Assembly (NCBI GenBank): GCA_028534125.1
Contig: CM052818.1
Location: forward strand, 47,370,001 to 47,434,000
Direction of reading: 5' to 3'
From: Lama glama
Lineage: Eukaryota
Length of the DNA: 64,000 nt
Under the pieces are notes generated by a model that worked only from the letters and a program-made list of their open reading frames with translations, did no database searches and was not told the origin of the DNA. Position numbers and translations under genes: made by a program. Shown in pieces: positions 63,081 through 64,000 of the stretch. Numbering within the stretch: the first letter of the stretch is position 1; each line of letters opens with the position of its first letter.

Positions 63081-64000
63081 TGTAAATCTGTTGAGGGGAT
63101 TTAGGGCACAACAAGAGCAGAGGACAAGTCAATTCAAATACCTCACTTCGCTGAGCTCGTGAAAATCCTGCTCAGGGGTTGCTGCCATAGAACACAGCTG
63201 ACTTTGTTTCACGAATCAAAACAGCTGAGAGAAAATGCTTCAAGTTGATTTTTTAAGTAAAACAAAAACAAAAATAAGGACCGTAAAGGTTAAAGTAACA
63301 CATTTACTAAAATAGGGATAAATGCGTAAATGATTCGATTTAACCCGCAAACCAGTTGGGTCACATAATGTTGTATGCATGTGTGCTCAGGGCGCTGTCC
63401 ACCCTGTCTCTTAGAAAGTTAATGATGCATTTCCTCAAGATAGAAAATGTTCTTTTTCAACATTTAAGTATAGGGCAGGTTATAGAATTGTTGTCAATGT
63501 TATTTTTAAGTTGAAAGTTATACAAAATATACATCTATAGAGTCTAAGAACATGTTTTCTTGGTCTCAGTCACTACCCAGTGGTATACAGCAACCTGGTG
63601 CTACTCCTGTACATAGCAGAAAGGAAAATTACCCCCTTAATATCATGCCTTTGTTCGTGGATATAAAGTATTCTAGAACATTGGTTGCCAAACAAGCTTT
63701 TGTTTTATGGCATATTTACTTTGAACATCTTTTAGTGCAATGAACACAGACACATGAAAATGTCTCCAACAAGATCACAGATTTCAGTAGTAATACGGAT
63801 GGTATTGAATTTCCCCAGGGTCTCGCCACATAATTTTCTTAGGATATTTTGAAATGAAATCATGAAGAAATGTTTTCATTTTTTAAGGTAATACATGAGT
63901 GTACATATAATAAATAAGAAAATAAGTACAAAGAACAGAAGCAGTGTACTACATTCATAGTTTAAAATAGATTTTAATTTTTTTCCTAAGAAGACACAGA

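Overview
This is non-coding mammalian genomic DNA, very probably from a camelid, based on one intact tRNA-Ala-derived SINE that resembles camelid Vic-1 and has a 15-bp target-site duplication. I recognise no protein-coding gene; the six-frame ORFs look spurious (repeat-, microsatellite- or N-gap-derived). Ancient interspersed repeats dominate the window: MIR, L2, L3/CR1, old L1M, MLT1 MaLR LTRs, a MER77-like LTR and hAT DNA transposons (MER63, MER3, MER5-like). It also holds microsatellites, a 19-bp G-rich minisatellite and two 500-N gaps. Repeat families were assigned by eye from remembered consensus motifs, so boundaries are approximate. The best signals in unique sequence are: (1) a 30-nt neural-type microexon or recursive-splice-site candidate at 28342-28371; (2) an enhancer-like cluster at about 17.0-17.4 kb with a perfect RFX X-box and a POU-type palindrome; (3) a CTCF site with its upstream motif at about 11.5 kb; (4) a possible coding alternative first exon on the minus strand at 12151-12350; (5) several minus-strand exon-like units; (6) a CpG-rich, promoter-like patch apparently built from a decayed L2. 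All are hypotheses; I see no solid evidence for a new multi-gene system.
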